NCBI GenBank assembly: GCA_028826165.1
Contig: JAPDFW010000143.1
Location: 1 to 64,000 of the forward strand
Direction of reading: 5' to 3'
DNA length: 64,000 bases
Source of the DNA: Anaeramoeba ignava BMAN
Taxonomy: Eukaryota; Protista; Anaeramoebae
Shown: one piece after another, positions 13,234 to 27,138 of the stretch
How positions within the stretch are numbered: position 1 is the stretch's first letter
Layout of the letters: every line of letters begins with the position of its first letter
The notes under the pieces: generated by a model
The model's database searches: none
Seen by the model: the letters and a program-made list of their open reading frames with translations, nothing else
Told to the model about the DNA's origin: nothing
Made by a program: the position numbers and the translations under genes

Positions 13234-13328
13234 TATTATTTATTAATATTTAAAAAAAATGAAAAAAAATGAAAAGAAAATTTTTAAATTCATTTTTTTT
13301 CATTTTTCATTTTTTTTCATTTAAAAAA

Positions 13329-14000
13329 ATGCTTTCAAACAAATTACCATCAAATTATTTTTCAAAATTTTTCAATAATTTAATTTACAAACAAACAACA
13401 CAACAAACAAAAAAATTCTTTTCAGAAAAAACCGAAAAAAAAAATTTTGTTTTAGAAACAATTCAAAATCGAAGATCAACTAGAGCTTTTAAAAAAAATC
13501 AAGTTCCAAAAAAACAAATTGAAACAATAATAAATTCAGCACTTCTTTCCCCATCTTCGCGAAATCAGCAACCATGGAGAGCCCATATTGTTCGCAACGA
13601 AAAGTTATTGCGAGAAATAGGGACACATATCTATGATGAATTATCCCCACAAATTCCTCGTTTTTCTGAGCGAAAAAAGAAACTTAAGGTTTCAGAAACA
13701 GTTTTTTACGATGCTCCAACTGTCATCTTCATAACTATGGACAAATCTAGAGTTGTAACTGACAGATCCCAAATGGATATCGGTATCTTTCTCGGAATGC
13801 TCATTAATTCTGCCCAGTCATTGAAGATTGATTCTATTCCCATTGGAGTTATTTTGCGCAAACAAGATTATATTCATAAAAAATTATCTTTTAATGATAA
13901 TGAAGTTTTGAAAGTCGCTTTAGCTTTGGGTTATAAAGATCCTGAGAGGAATATTGTTGAAAAGAAAGATTTTCTGAGTGAGATTGAATGGGTTAAGTAA
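13329..14000 (+). CDS. Nitroreductase-family FMN oxidoreductase with probable organellar presequence
   Basis: IQNRRSTRAF, SPSSRNQQPW, FYDAPTVI, ALALGY; N-terminus MLSNKLPSNYFSKFF...KKFFSE; ATG follows a TCATTT cluster. Confidence 0.9.
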   Translation: MLSNKLPSNYFSKFFNNLIYKQTTQQTKKFFSEKTEKKNFVLETIQNRRSTRAFKKNQVPKKQIETIINSALLSPSSRNQQPWRAHIVRNEKLLREIGTHIYDELSPQIPRFSERKKKLKVSETVFYDAPTVIFITMDKSRVVTDRSQMDIGIFLGMLINSAQSLKIDSIPIGVILRKQDYIHKKLSFNDNEVLKVALALGYKDPERNIVEKKDFLSEIEWVK

Positions 14001-14247
14001 TTTACTTGATTTTTGGAATGATTTTGTTCCACTTTTTAAACAAAATTTTTGCTTTTTTTAAAGAAAAATTTTTCCAATTATTTTTTATTCCAATTTTTGT
14101 TAATTTAAAAAGAAAAAGCCTTTAGATACATGTTTGTTTTAAAGAAAAATAAGCAAACATCACAAAAAGGCTAAGATTTATAATTTTTTTCAAAAAAAAA
14201 ACCAAATCTATTTTCATTTAATTTTAATCTATAATTTAATTTTAATT

Positions 14248-17200
14248 CTATTTTCTTTTTTTTAAATTTGTTTCTTGTTTCATTTTTAATTTTTCTTGAT
14301 GATTTAAAAAACAATCTTGACTACAATAAATTTTTGTTAAATTATTTGCTGGACAAAGTGGTCTTGTTAATAAAGTTCCACAATTAAAACATCTATACAA
14401 ATGTAATCCAATTCCTACTTCACAATTTTGTTTTCCAGATGAAAATTGTAATTCTGTATTTGAATTGAATTTATTTGAAATTGGAATTGGAATTGGATTT
14501 ATTTTTTCAATTAATTTTAATTCTTCAAAAAGAGGAACAAAATTAATTTTTTCTTTTTCTTTTTCTTTTTCTTTTTCTTTTTGAATTTGATTTTGATTTT
14601 GATTTTGATTTTGATTTTGATTTAAATTTTGATTTTGATTTTGATTTTGATTTTGATTTTGATTTTGATTTTGATTTTGATTTTGATTTTGATTTTGATT
14701 TTGATTTTGATTTTGAATTTGAATTTGATTTTGATTTTGATTTTGATTTTGATTTTGAATTTGATTTTGAATTTGATTTTGATTTTGATTTTGATTTTGA
14801 TTTTGATTTTGATTTTGATTTTGATTTTTGATTTGATTTTGATTTTGATTTAAATTTTGATTTTGATTTTGATTTTGATTTTGATTTTGATTTTGATTTT
14901 GATTTTGAATTTGAATATCTTTTTCAGTGATATTTTCAATTTCAAAAATTCTCACTTTTCTGTATTCTGCGGTCCAAAAAAATTTTTCATAATTAAAATC
15001 AGAAAAATTTGAGATTGATTTGAATTCAGGATTAATAGAAGTAAATTTAAAACAGTTTGAATTATCAATAATTTGAAAAAATTCACCATTTTTTAAAAGA
15101 ATTGAAGCAGTCATCATTTTTTGGTTAATTATAGAATTTCCCCATTTTGCTTCAACAAAATCTTCAGATGTTGCGAAATTACTAAGCTTCCAAAAATATT
15201 TTTGTTGTTCAATTGAATTTGTTTTATTTTTTTCATAAATATCAATAAGAACTGCTCCAATTCCATTTAGATTTAAATTTTCATTTGAATTTTCATTTAA
15301 ATTTTGATTTGAATTTTCATTTAAATTTTCATTTAGATTTTGATTTAAATTTTGATTTAAATTTAGATTTAAATTTTGATTTGAATTTTCATTTAAATTT
15401 TCATTTGAATTTTCATTTGAATTTTCATTTAGATTTTGATTTAAATTTTGATTTGAATTTTGATTTGAATTTAGATTTAAATTTTGATTTAAATTTTCAT
15501 TTGAATTTTCATTTGAATTTTCATTTAAATTTTGATTTGAATTTTGATTTAAATTTAGATTTAAATTTTGATTTAAATTTTGATTTGAATTTAGATTTAA
15601 ATTTTGATTTAAATTTTGATTTGAATTTTCATTTAAATTTTCATTTAAATTTTCATTTAAATTTTCATTTAAATTTTGATTTGAATTTTCATTTGAATTT
15701 TCATTTAAATTTTCATTTAAATTTTGATTTAAATTTTCATTTAAATTTTGATTTAAATTTTCATTTAAATTTTCATTTAAATTTTGATTTAAATTTTCAT
15801 TTAAATTTTGATTTGAATTTTCATTTAAATTTTGATTTAAATTTTGATTTAAATTTTCATTTAAATTTTCATTTAAATTTTCATTTAAATTTTGATTTGA
15901 ATTTTGATTTAAATTTTCATTTAAATTTAGATTTAAATTTTGATTTAAATTTTCATTTAAATTTTGATTTAAATTTTGATTTATATTTTGATTTAAATTT
16001 TCATTTAAATTTTCATTTAAATTTTCATTTAAATTTTGATTTAAATTTTGATTTATATTTTCATTTATATTTTCATTTAAATTTTCATTTATATTTTCAT
16101 TTAAATTTTCATTTATATTTTGATTTAAATTTTGATTTGAATTTTCATTTAAATTTTGATTTAAATTTTCATTTAAATTTTGATTTGAATTTTCATTTGA
16201 TTCAATTTGAAAAACAACTAGTGCTTTTCCATATGCTTTTTCTTCTGTATAAATTGTTGGATCTTCTGGATCCTTTGATGTTTTTTCTTTAATATTTGGA
16301 AATGAAATACAAAGTATTCTAACTTTTGTTGATAAATTATTATTATTATTTTGATTTTCATTTTGAATCAAAGAAGGAAATAATAATTTATGATGATATT
16401 TATATTTTGTAATAAAAACAGTCGGAACTGCACTTTCTTCAGATTCTCCTGAAGTTAAAGAACAATGATTTGCTCTTTTATACATTTGCTTAAAGTCTCT
16501 TAAGTTTTGAAATATTGCTCCTTTTTTGAGTTTTTTAGCTTTTTCATGAAGAATATTTTCATTTTCATTTTCATTTTTATTTTCATTTTTATTTTCATTT
16601 TGATTTTGATTTTGATTTTGATTTTGATTTTGATTTTGATTTTGATTTTGATTTAGATTTTCATTTTGATTTAGATTTTGATTTTGATTTTGATTTTGAT
16701 TTTGATTTAAATTTTGATTTTCATTTTGATTTTGATTTTGATTTTGATTTTGATTTTGATTTTGATTTTGATTTTGATTTTGATTTTGATTTTTGATTTT
16801 CATTTTGATTTTGATTTAAATTTTCATTTTTATTTTCATTTTGATTTTGATTTAGATTTTGATTTTGATTTTGATTTTGATTTTGATTTTGATTTTGATT
16901 TTCATTTTGATTTTGATTTAAATTTTCATTTTCATTTTCATTTTCATTTTGATTTTGATTTTGATTTTGATTTAAATTTTGATTTTGATTTTGATTTTGA
17001 TTTTGATTTTGATTTTCATTTTCATTTTGATTTTGATTTTGATTTTGATTTTCATTTTCATTTTGATTTTGATTTTCATTTGGATTTTGATTTTGATTTT
17101 GATTTTGATTTTGATTTTGATTTTGATTTTGATTTTGATTTTGATTTTGATTTTGATTTTCATTTGGATTTTGATTTTGATTTAAATTTTGATTTTGATT

Positions 17201-20200
17201 TAAATTTTGATTTTGATTTTGATTTTGATTTTGATTTTGATTTTGATTTTGATTTTCATTGAATTGTGATTCATAAAATCTTTTTAATTGTTCATCAAAA
17301 AAACGATTTTTTAATGGAAATGGTTGTAAATAATTCTGATCATATTTTTTATCAAGAGGAACAAATTCAGTACCCCTATAATAAAACTCTTGAGGAATAA
17401 GCTTCCACAAACAATAATCGGCAATTTCTTCATCATTCCAAGTTACAAAGTGATAATTTTTTCTGAATTTTCTAATATTTGGGAAATAAGGATGAGACCA
17501 AGTAAAATGATCATCAAGTTGTAGAGAATATTTTCCATAATTATTCTCAACATGAGTCATTTTTATAAATTCTCCAAATTTATTCCTTGCAGGTCCTAAA
17601 ATTGATAATGGACCTATTTGTCTTGGTTTAAAAGCAAATTCACCTTTTTCTATATAAAAAATAGAATCTTGGTTTTGATCAAATGAATTTTGAGCTTGAT
17701 GTAATAAATCATCAAATGATTGATCTTCCATTTTGTGAGAATTGGATAATTCAAATACGAAAACATATCCTTTAAATCTTGTTGGTAATGTAATTAAACA
17801 AAGGGAATCTGGTGAAAAACATGCATCTAAAATTGAAATGCTTTGATCATAAAATATAGGTTTCAATTTGAGTGGTGCTCCTGCCACAATTTCCCAAACT
17901 ACAAAACTTGATTTTCCTTTATAAATCATTCTGTCGACAATTAAAAATCTGAAATCTGATGAAATGGATATTTTTTTGGGTTGAATATATTGTAAATTTG
18001 CATCCTTGGCAAATTTTAATTTGTGGATATCAATAAATTTTTTCTCATCTACACCAAGATCTTTAATTTCAAATTCATTTCCCATGAAATTATCAACTAA
18101 ATTATTAAAAGAAGAATTTGATTCAATATTTTGATTTTTCTTTTTGAACAATTTTTTTTTTCATTTTATTTTGTTTTCTAACTTTTTTTAGAATAATGTC
18201 TTTCTTCTATATCAAATGGATAAAAATTATCAACAAGAGGATATATTCTCACTTCTCCTTTTAAGTTTATAATCATTATTATATCATCAAATCCTGGATT
18301 TTCTTCATCATATCTTAATAATACATGTGGAATATATTGTGAAAATATTACTTTTGATGAATGTCTTTCAAGAAATATAATTAAATTTTTGGGTTTTCCA
18401 AAAATATGTTTTTGATTTTGAATGATTTTCAGATTGTGTACCACAAGAATCTTTTTTAAGCTAATTTTAATTTATAATTTTATTTATAATTTTATTTATA
18501 ATTTAATTTATAATTTAATTTATAATTTTATTTATAATTTGATTTATATTTTTATTTATAATTTTATTTATAATTTTATTTATAATTTAATTTATAATTT
18601 AATTTATTATTTTATTTATAATTTAATTTATATTTTTATTTATAATTTTATTTATAATTTAATTAATAATTTAATTTATAATTTTATTTATAATTTAATT
18701 TATAATTTTATTTATAATTTAATTTATAATTTAATTTATATTTTTATTTATAATTTTATTTATAATTTTATTTATTAATTTTATTTATAATTTAATTTAT
18801 AATTTAATTTATAATTTAATTTATATTTTTATTTATAATTTTATTTATAATTTAATTTATATTTTTATTTATAATTTTTATTTATAATTTTTAATTTATA
18901 ATTTTGATTTATAATTTTATTTATAATTTTAATTTATAATTTTAATTTATAATTTTATTTATAATTTTATTTATAATTTTATTTATTAATTTTAATTTTA
19001 TTTTATAATTTTTTATTTATAATTTTATTTATAATTTAATTTATAATTTTTGATTTATAATTTTAATTTATGTTTTTATTTATAATTTTATTTTATAATT
19101 TTATTTTATAATTTAATTTATAATTTTAATTTTAATTTATAATTTAATTTATAATTTTTTATTTATAATTTTTTAATTTATAATTTTATTTTAATTTATA
19201 ATTTTATTTTATTTATTTTATTTATAATTTTAATTTATAATTTTATTTATAATTTTAATTTATAATTTTATTTATAATTTAATTTATAATTTTTATTTAT
19301 AATTTAATTTATATTTTTATTTATATTTTAATTTATAATTTTATTTATAATTTTATTTATATTTTAATTTATATATTTTTATTTATAATTTTATTTATAA
19401 TTTTTATTTATAATTTTATTTATAATTTTTAATTTATAATTTTAATTTTATTTTATTTATAATTTAATTTATAATTTTATTTATAATTTTATTTATAATT
19501 TATTTTATAATTTTTTTATTTATAATTTTAATTTATAATTTTAATTTATAATTTTATTTTTAATTTATAATTTTATTTATAATTTTAATTTATAATTTTA
19601 TTTATAATTTTAATTAATTTATATTTTAATTTTATAATTTAATTTATAATTTTATTTATAATTTAATTTATAATTTTATTTATAATTTTATTTATAATTT
19701 TATTTATAATTTTAATTTATAATTTAATTTATTATTTTATTTATAATTTTATTTATAATTTTGATTTATAATTTTATTTATAATTTTTATTTATAATTTA
19801 ATTTTATAATTTTAAATTTATAATTTTATTTTATAATTTTAATTTTATAATTTTTATTTATAATTTTATTTATAATTTTAATTTATAATTTTAATTTATA
19901 ATTTTATTTATAATTTTATTTATAATTTTAATTTATAATTTTAATTTATAATTTTAATTTATAATTTTAATTTATAATTTTAATTTATAATTTTATTTAT
20001 AATTTTATTTTATAATTTTTATTTATAATTTTATTTTATAATTTTAATTTTATAATTTTAATTTATAATTTTATTTATAATTTGTTTATAATTTTATTTA
20101 TAATTTTATTTATAATTTTGTTTTTATAATTTTAAATTTTTATTTATAATTTTGATTTATAATTTTATTTATAATTTTAATTTATAATTTAATTTATAAT

Positions 20201-22481
20201 TTTAATTTATAATTTTAATTTATAATTTTTATTTTATAATTTTAATTTATAATTTTAATTTATAATTTTATTTATAATTTTATTTATAATTTTTATTTAT
20301 AATTTTAATTTATAATTTTATTTATAATTTTATTTATAATTTAATTTTAATTTATAATTTTAATTTATAATTTTATTTATAATTTAATTTATAATTTAAT
20401 TTATAATTTAATTTATAATTTTATTTATAATTTTATTTATAATTTTATTTATAATTTAATTTATTTTTTATTTTATTTTTAATTTTATTATTTATAATTT
20501 TATTTTATAATTTAATTTTATTTATAATTTTATTTATAATTTTATTTATAATTTTAATTTATAATTTTAATTTATAATTTTATTTATAATTTTAAATTTA
20601 TAATTTTATTTATAATTTTAATTTATAATTTTATTTATAATTTTAATTTATAATTTTATTTATAATTTTATTTATAATTTTTAATTTATAATTTTTATTT
20701 ATATTTTTATTTATAATTTTATTTATAATTTTAATTTATAATTTTATTTATAATTTTATTTTATAATTTTAATTTATAATTTTAATTTATAATTTTATTT
20801 ATAATTTTAATTTATAATTTTATTTATAATTTAATTTATAATTTTATTTATAATTTTATTTATAATTTTATTTATAATTTTATTTTATAATTTTATTTAT
20901 AATTTTATTTATAATTTTAATTTATAATTTTAATTTATAATTTTATTTATAATTTAATTTATATTTTTTTTTATTTTTATTTTAATTTTATTTATAATTT
21001 TATTTATATTTTTATTTTTATTTTATTTTTATTTATAATTTTATTTATAATTTAATTTATAATTTTATTTATAATTTTAATTTATAATTTTTATTTATAA
21101 TTTTATTTATTTTTAATTTTATATTTTATTTATAATTTAATTTATAATTTAATTTTTTATTTATAATTTTAATTTATAAATTTAATTTATAATTTTATTT
21201 ATAATTTTATTTATAATTTTATTTATAATTTAATTTATAATTTTATTTATAATTTTATTTATAATTTAATTTATAATTTAATTTATAATTTTATTTATAA
21301 TTTTATTTATAATTTAATTTATAATTTTATTTATAATTTTATTTATAATTTTATTTTATAATTTTAATTTATAATTTTATTTATTATTTTATTTATAATT
21401 TTATTTATAATTTTATTTATAATTTAATTTATAATTTTATTTATAATTTAATTTATAATTTTATTTATAATTTTAATTTATAATTTTATTTATAATTTTA
21501 TTTATAATTTATTTATAATTTTATTTATAATTTTATTTATAATTTTATTTATAATTTTATTTATAATTTTATTTATAATTTAATTTATAATTTTATTTAT
21601 AATTTTAATTTATAATTTTAATTTATAATTTTAATTTATAATTTTATTTATAATTTTATTTATAATTTTAATTTATAATTTTAATTTTATTTATAATTTT
21701 ATTTATAATTTTATTTATAATTTTATTTATAATTTATTTATAATTTTATTTATAATTTTAATTTATAATTTTATTTATAATTTAATTTATAATTTAATTT
21801 ATAATTTTATTTATAATTTTAATTTATAATTTTATTTATAATTTAATTTATAATTTAATTTATAATTTTAATTTATATTTTAATTTATAATTTTAATTTA
21901 TAATTTTATTTATATTTTTATTTATAATTTTATTTATAATTTTAATTTATAATTCAATTTATAATTTTATTAATAATTTAATTTTATATTTTAATTTATA
22001 ATTTTAATTTATAATTTTTATTTATAATTTATTTATAATTTTATTTATAATTTTTATTTATAATTTTTATTTATAATTTATTTATAATTTAATTTATAAT
22101 TTTATTTATAATTTAATTTATATTTTAATTTATAATTTAATTTATAATTTAATTTATAATTTTATTTATAATTTTATTTATAATTTTATTTATAATTTTA
22201 TTTATAATTTTATTTATAATTCAAACAAACCTTTTAAAAGGAAATGGTTTTAAAGAGTATTCATATAATTTAACATATTGGAACTTACGAAGAGAAATAA
22301 ATTGATAAATATTTAAACAAATAAAAGGAAATTTATAAAAAAATTGACCATCAGATAATTTCAAAGTAAATCTATCAAAACAAGAAGAATAACCAATTCC
22401 AATAATTTGAAGAATAGGTTCTTTAACAGTTTTTCCTTGTACAATATCTATAATTGAACCACTTGTTAAAGGAGAATTCAT
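14248..22481 (-). CDS. Large protein: RPA70N-like OB fold + WD40/propeller-like region + N/Q/L low complexity + C-terminal MYND/FCS-like zinc finger
   Basis: Exon 22231-22481 joins in phase over intron 18461-22230 to 18183-18460; 43-nt intron 18140-18182; continues in ORFs 16721-18151 and 14248-16803 with a slip in the NQ tract; ends CFNC...C...[10 protein letters not shown]. Confidence 0.7.
18461..22230 (-). repeat. 3,770-nt intron filled with ~12-bp ATTTATAATTTT-type satellite
   Basis: GTTTGT donor and TTAG acceptor on the minus strand; almost pure A/T. Confidence 0.9.
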
Positions 22482-22545
22482 TTAAACAAAAATGAAAAAT
22501 GAAAAATGAAAAATGAAAAAAATGAAAAATGAAAAAAATGATTTT
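22482..22545 (-). promoter_or_regulatory. Tandem TCATTTT initiator-like motifs in a 71-bp intergenic gap
   Basis: (AAAATG)-type repeats on + between the Lines stop and the next ATG. Confidence 0.55.
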
Positions 22546-22552
22546 TTATTTT

Positions 22553-23803
22553 TTAAATTATTTCAGAAATTCTTTTTAATAATTGTGTTGGATTGAAAGG
22601 AAAAAGATTCTTTTGATATGAACTTGATATTGATAAATACAACTTCATAAATATTTTCTGTATTCCTTCTTTTTCTACACTTAAATCTTCATCAATTTTT
22701 CTTTTTTTATTTTCATTTAAATTTTTTAATTTCAAATAATTTGAATAAAATTTTAAGAAATGAAGCAAATAAACTAACACAAGTTCGCTCATTTCCGCGC
22801 TTAGAATCCAATCAAGTAATATTGTATGATCGAAACTAATTTCTTGAGCAAATATTTCAAACATTTTAATTGGTGAAAAATTTAATCTAAAATTTGAAAT
22901 TTTTTCATCTTGATTTTGCTTTAATTTTAAATAAATAAAAAGAAAATCATCAAGAATTTGAATCAAAAGTTCATCATTTGAAAAAACTAAATCAATTATA
23001 AGTTTTGGATTGTTTAAAAACTGTTGAAGATATTGATTGATTTCTATCATTTTAAAAAAATGTTGATAATTTTTTTCATTTATATTTTCCTTGTTTATAT
23101 TTTCTAAAGTTAATTTGGATAATCTAAAAAATAAAGAAATGGAAAATTGTTTCAATTCTTCATTTCCAAATAAAATTGATGAATTTTCTATGATTTTATT
23201 TGATAATTTTTGTATTTGTTGATGATCTAATATTTTCAATTTTGAAATGGAATATAAAAGTTGCAATAATTTTTGGCAGCTTGGTTCATAATTAAGAGGT
23301 AATAACTCAATAAACCTTGAGGAAAAAGAACCCAATAAAAAATTTTTATTCTCTTTTGAAATGTATGCTTGATCAATTAAGGTTTCAAAGAAGGAAAAAA
23401 TTGGGAACAAAATTGAAGGATGAAAATTTTGAGAAAAAAACCAATTAAAAATTAATAAAAAAAGATTTTGTTCATAAAAATTGTCTTCTAATGCATATTT
23501 CATTATTCTTAATGAATGTTTTAATGGATTTCCTGCCGATTCTTTGTCTTCTTTTATTTCCAAATTTGTTATTTTTGAGACTATTTTTTCAATAATTATT
23601 TTTTTATCTTCATTTGTTACTTTTGATAATAATTTTATAATAATTGTTGATGCAAAAAATGAAATGATTTTATTTGGAAACCAAAGATATTTTATCATTT
23701 CCTCTAAATTTTGTTGATTTAGTTCTAAATAATTTGTTTTCATTTCAGAAAAAATTTTATAAAAAAAAGAAAACTCTTTTTGGATTTTTAAATCAAAATT
23801 CAT
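22553..23803 (-). CDS. LINS1: Protein Lines homolog (Lines C-terminal domain)
   Basis: FSNDELLIQIL, ISFDHTILLDWILS, YLLHFLK, YQKNLFPFNPTQLLKRI match Lines_C motifs. Confidence 0.75.
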   Translation of the reverse strand: MNFDLKIQKEFSFFYKIFSEMKTNYLELNQQNLEEMIKYLWFPNKIISFFASTIIIKLLSKVTNEDKKIIIEKIVSKITNLEIKEDKESAGNPLKHSLRIMKYALEDNFYEQNLFLLIFNWFFSQNFHPSILFPIFSFFETLIDQAYISKENKNFLLGSFSSRFIELLPLNYEPSCQKLLQLLYSISKLKILDHQQIQKLSNKIIENSSILFGNEELKQFSISLFFRLSKLTLENINKENINEKNYQHFFKMIEINQYLQQFLNNPKLIIDLVFSNDELLIQILDDFLFIYLKLKQNQDEKISNFRLNFSPIKMFEIFAQEISFDHTILLDWILSAEMSELVLVYLLHFLKFYSNYLKLKNLNENKKRKIDEDLSVEKEGIQKIFMKLYLSISSSYQKNLFPFNPTQLLKRISEII

Positions 23804-23973
23804 TTAAATAAATAAATAAAATAAAAAAGGAGAATAATTTAATTTAAAAATAAAATGAAAAAAATGAAAGGAGAAAAAATTATTTTTTTTTTAATTTTTT
23901 TTTTTCATTTTTTTCATTTTCTTTTTGTTCTATTTTCTTCTATTTGTGTTTTGTTCTGTTTAATTTTTTAAAA

Positions 23974-26621
23974 ATGAATTTTGACCAAAAATTGTTCAAA
24001 GTTATTTTACTTGGAGATGCAGGGTTTGAATTATTAAAATTAAAACATTTTCCAAAAAAAAAAACTGAAAAAAAAAATATAAAATTGTTTTTGCTTTTTT
24101 TTTTTTGCTTTTCCTTTTTTGCTTTCCTTTTTTTTCCGTTTTTTTCTTGTTTATTTTTTAGTGTTGGAAAAACTTCTTTAATGAATACTTATGTTAATCA
24201 AACTTTTAGTGAACAATATAAAGCAACAATTGGAGCAGATTTTTTAACAAAAGAATTGAAAGTAAAATTTAATTTTAATTTTAATTTTAATTTTAATTTT
24301 AATTTTAATTTTAATTTTAATTTTAATTTTAATTTTCAAAAGGTTTTAATATACAATTTTAATTTTAATTTTCATTTTTTTTTCAAAAAGGTTGATGAAT
24401 TTGATTTCCAAAAATACAAAGAAAAATTCAAAAATTTATTTTTACAAAAATTCAAATTTATTTAAAATTTGAAAAATTTATTTAAAAAAAAATTTAAAAA
24501 TTGATGTTTAAATTAAATTTAAACGAATACAAATTAAAATTAAATTCAAAAATCAAATTAAAAAAAATTAAAATTTAAAAAATTTAAATTAAAAATTCCA
24601 AATTTAAAAATTGATGTTTCAAATTCAAAATTAAATTTAAATTCAAATTCAAATTTAAATTCAAATTCAAATTAAAATTAAAATTAAAATTAAAATCAAA
24701 AATCAAAAATCAAAATCAAAATTCAAATTTAAATTCAAAAAAATCAAATCAAATTCAAATTCAAAATCAAATTCAAATTCAAATTCAAATTCAAATTCAA
24801 AATTAAATTTAAAATTCAAAATTCAAATTTAAAATCAAAATCAAATTCAAAATTTCAAAATCAAAATCAAAATCAAATTCAAATTCAAATTCAAATTTCA
24901 AAATCAAAATTCAAAATCAAAATCAAAATTCAAAATCAAAATAAAATCAAATTCAAATTCAAATTCAAAATCAAAATCAAAATCAAAATCAAATTCAAAT
25001 TCAAATCAAAATTAAAATCAAATTCAAATTCAAAATCAAAATCAAATTCAAATTCAAATTCAAATTCAAAATCAAAATCAAAATTAAAATTAAAATCAAA
25101 TTCAAATTCAAATTCAAATTAAAATTAAATTTAAATTTAAAATTCAAATAGATTTGGGATACTGCTGGTTTGTTATTTACTTTTATTTCATTTCATATTT
25201 TAATTTAATTATTTATGATCCAAAAAAAAACAAACAAAAATCCATTTTTTCTTTACAATTTTTTTATAATAAATATAAATATTAAAAAAATTAAAAAAAA
25301 TAGGACAAGAAAGATTTCAAAGTTTAAGTGTTGCTTTTTATCGAGGAGCAGATTGTTGTGTTTTAATTTATGATGTTAATGATTTAAAAACATTTGAATC
25401 TCTAGAAGTTTGGCGAGATGAATTTCTCGTTCAAGCAGGTCCAGAAGAACCTGATTCATTTCCTTTTGTTGTTATCGGAAATAAAATTGATTTAAATCAA
25501 AGAACTGTATTTATGATTCAATATTCAATTCAATATTTAATTCAAAATTCAATATTTAATATTCAATTTAATATTCAATTCAATTAAATTAATTCAATAT
25601 TCAATTTAATATTCAATTTAATTCAATATTCAATTTAATATTCAATATTCAATATTCAATTCAATATTCAATATTCAATTCAATATTTAATATTTAATTC
25701 AATTCAATATTCAATTCAATATTCAATAATTCAATTCAATTTAATTCAATATTTCAATATTTAATATTCAATAATTCAATTCAATATTCAATTCAATATT
25801 CAATTCAATTCAATTCATATTCAATTCAATTCAATTCAATTTAATATTCAATTCAATATTCAATTCAATTCCATTCAATATTCAAATTCAATTCAATATT
25901 CAATTCAATTCAATTCAATTCAATATTCAATTCAATATTTCAATTCAATATTCAATATTCAATTCAATTCAATTCAATATTTAATATTCAATTCAATATT
26001 CAATTCAATTCAATTCAATATTCAATTCAATATTCAATTCAATATTCAATATTATTCAATTTAATATTCAATTCAATATTCAATTCAATATTCAATTCAA
26101 TATTCAATATTCAATTGGAAATTATTCATTTTTTATTCAATATTCAATTCAATATTCAATATTTAATTCAATATTCAATTCAAATTCAATTCAATTAAAT
26201 TTAATTTAATATTTAATTCAATATTTAATTTAATATTCAATTCAATATTCAATATTTAATTCAATATTCAATTCAATATTCAATTCAATATTCAATTCAA
26301 TTCAATTAAATTTAATTTAATATTTAATTTAATATTTAATTCAATATTCAATTCAATTCAATATTTAATTCAATTCAAAATTAAAATTGAAAATATTTGA
26401 AAAAGGTTGCAAGACAAAGAGCTGAAGCATGGTGTCATGAAAAAGGAGGATTAGAACATTTTGAAACAAGTGCAAAAGAATCAATAAATGTTGATAAAGC
26501 TTTTAATGCAATTGCAAAGAAAGTATTAAAAAAAGAACTTGATTCTGAAATGTTTGGACAAATTCCTGATGATGTTATTGTTCCTAAAACAGAAACAAAG
26601 AAAAAAACTGGATGTTGCTAA
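23974..26621 (+). CDS. RAB7: Rab7 small GTPase, multi-exon
   Basis: [69 protein letters not shown]-terminal CC. Confidence 0.95.
25507..26405 (+). repeat. Rab7 intron filled with ATTCA/AATATTC satellite
   Basis: GTATTT...AAAG boundaries; 5-7-bp units. Confidence 0.85.
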
Positions 26622-27138
26622 TCAAAATCAAAGTTAATTAACCAATTAAAAATTTTTTTCTGTTTTTTAACAAACAAACAAAACAAAACAAAACAAAACA
26701 AAATTCTTTCCTTATTTTCCATTTTTTTTTTAGAACTTTTTTTTTTCATTCATTCAATCATTCTTTTTTTTTCAAATTTCATGTCGTTTTTCAAATTATT
26801 CAAAAAAAAAAATATTTTCTTTTATTTTCTTTTATTTTCTTTTATTTTAAACAAAATAAAACAAATTCCAAAAACAAAATTAAAATCTTTATTAATTTAA
26901 AATTGTGAAGAATTCTTTTTTTATTTGATCAATAAATAAATAAAAAAAAAAAATAAAAAGAAAAAGAAACAATTTTTGATTTTAAATTAATTAAGTAAAA
27001 AGTCATAGTATCTAAAATTAAATAAAAAAAAAAATAATAAAAATAAAAATAAAAAAAAAATATACTTATCGTGTCAAATTTTATTTTTTTTATTTTTTTC
27101 ATTTTTTTTCATTTTTCATTTTCCATTTTTTTTGTTTA

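Noticed and set aside
13269-13328. Upstream in-frame starts (13269, 10105, 23944, 45202) giving F-rich N-termini
   Set aside because: They translate the T-rich TCATTTT promoter region; the downstream ATGs fit better
18461-22230. Possible centromeric/telomeric satellite or CRISPR-like array
   Set aside because: Bounded by GT-AG and joins coding exons in phase; no unique spacers; no G-rich telomere unit
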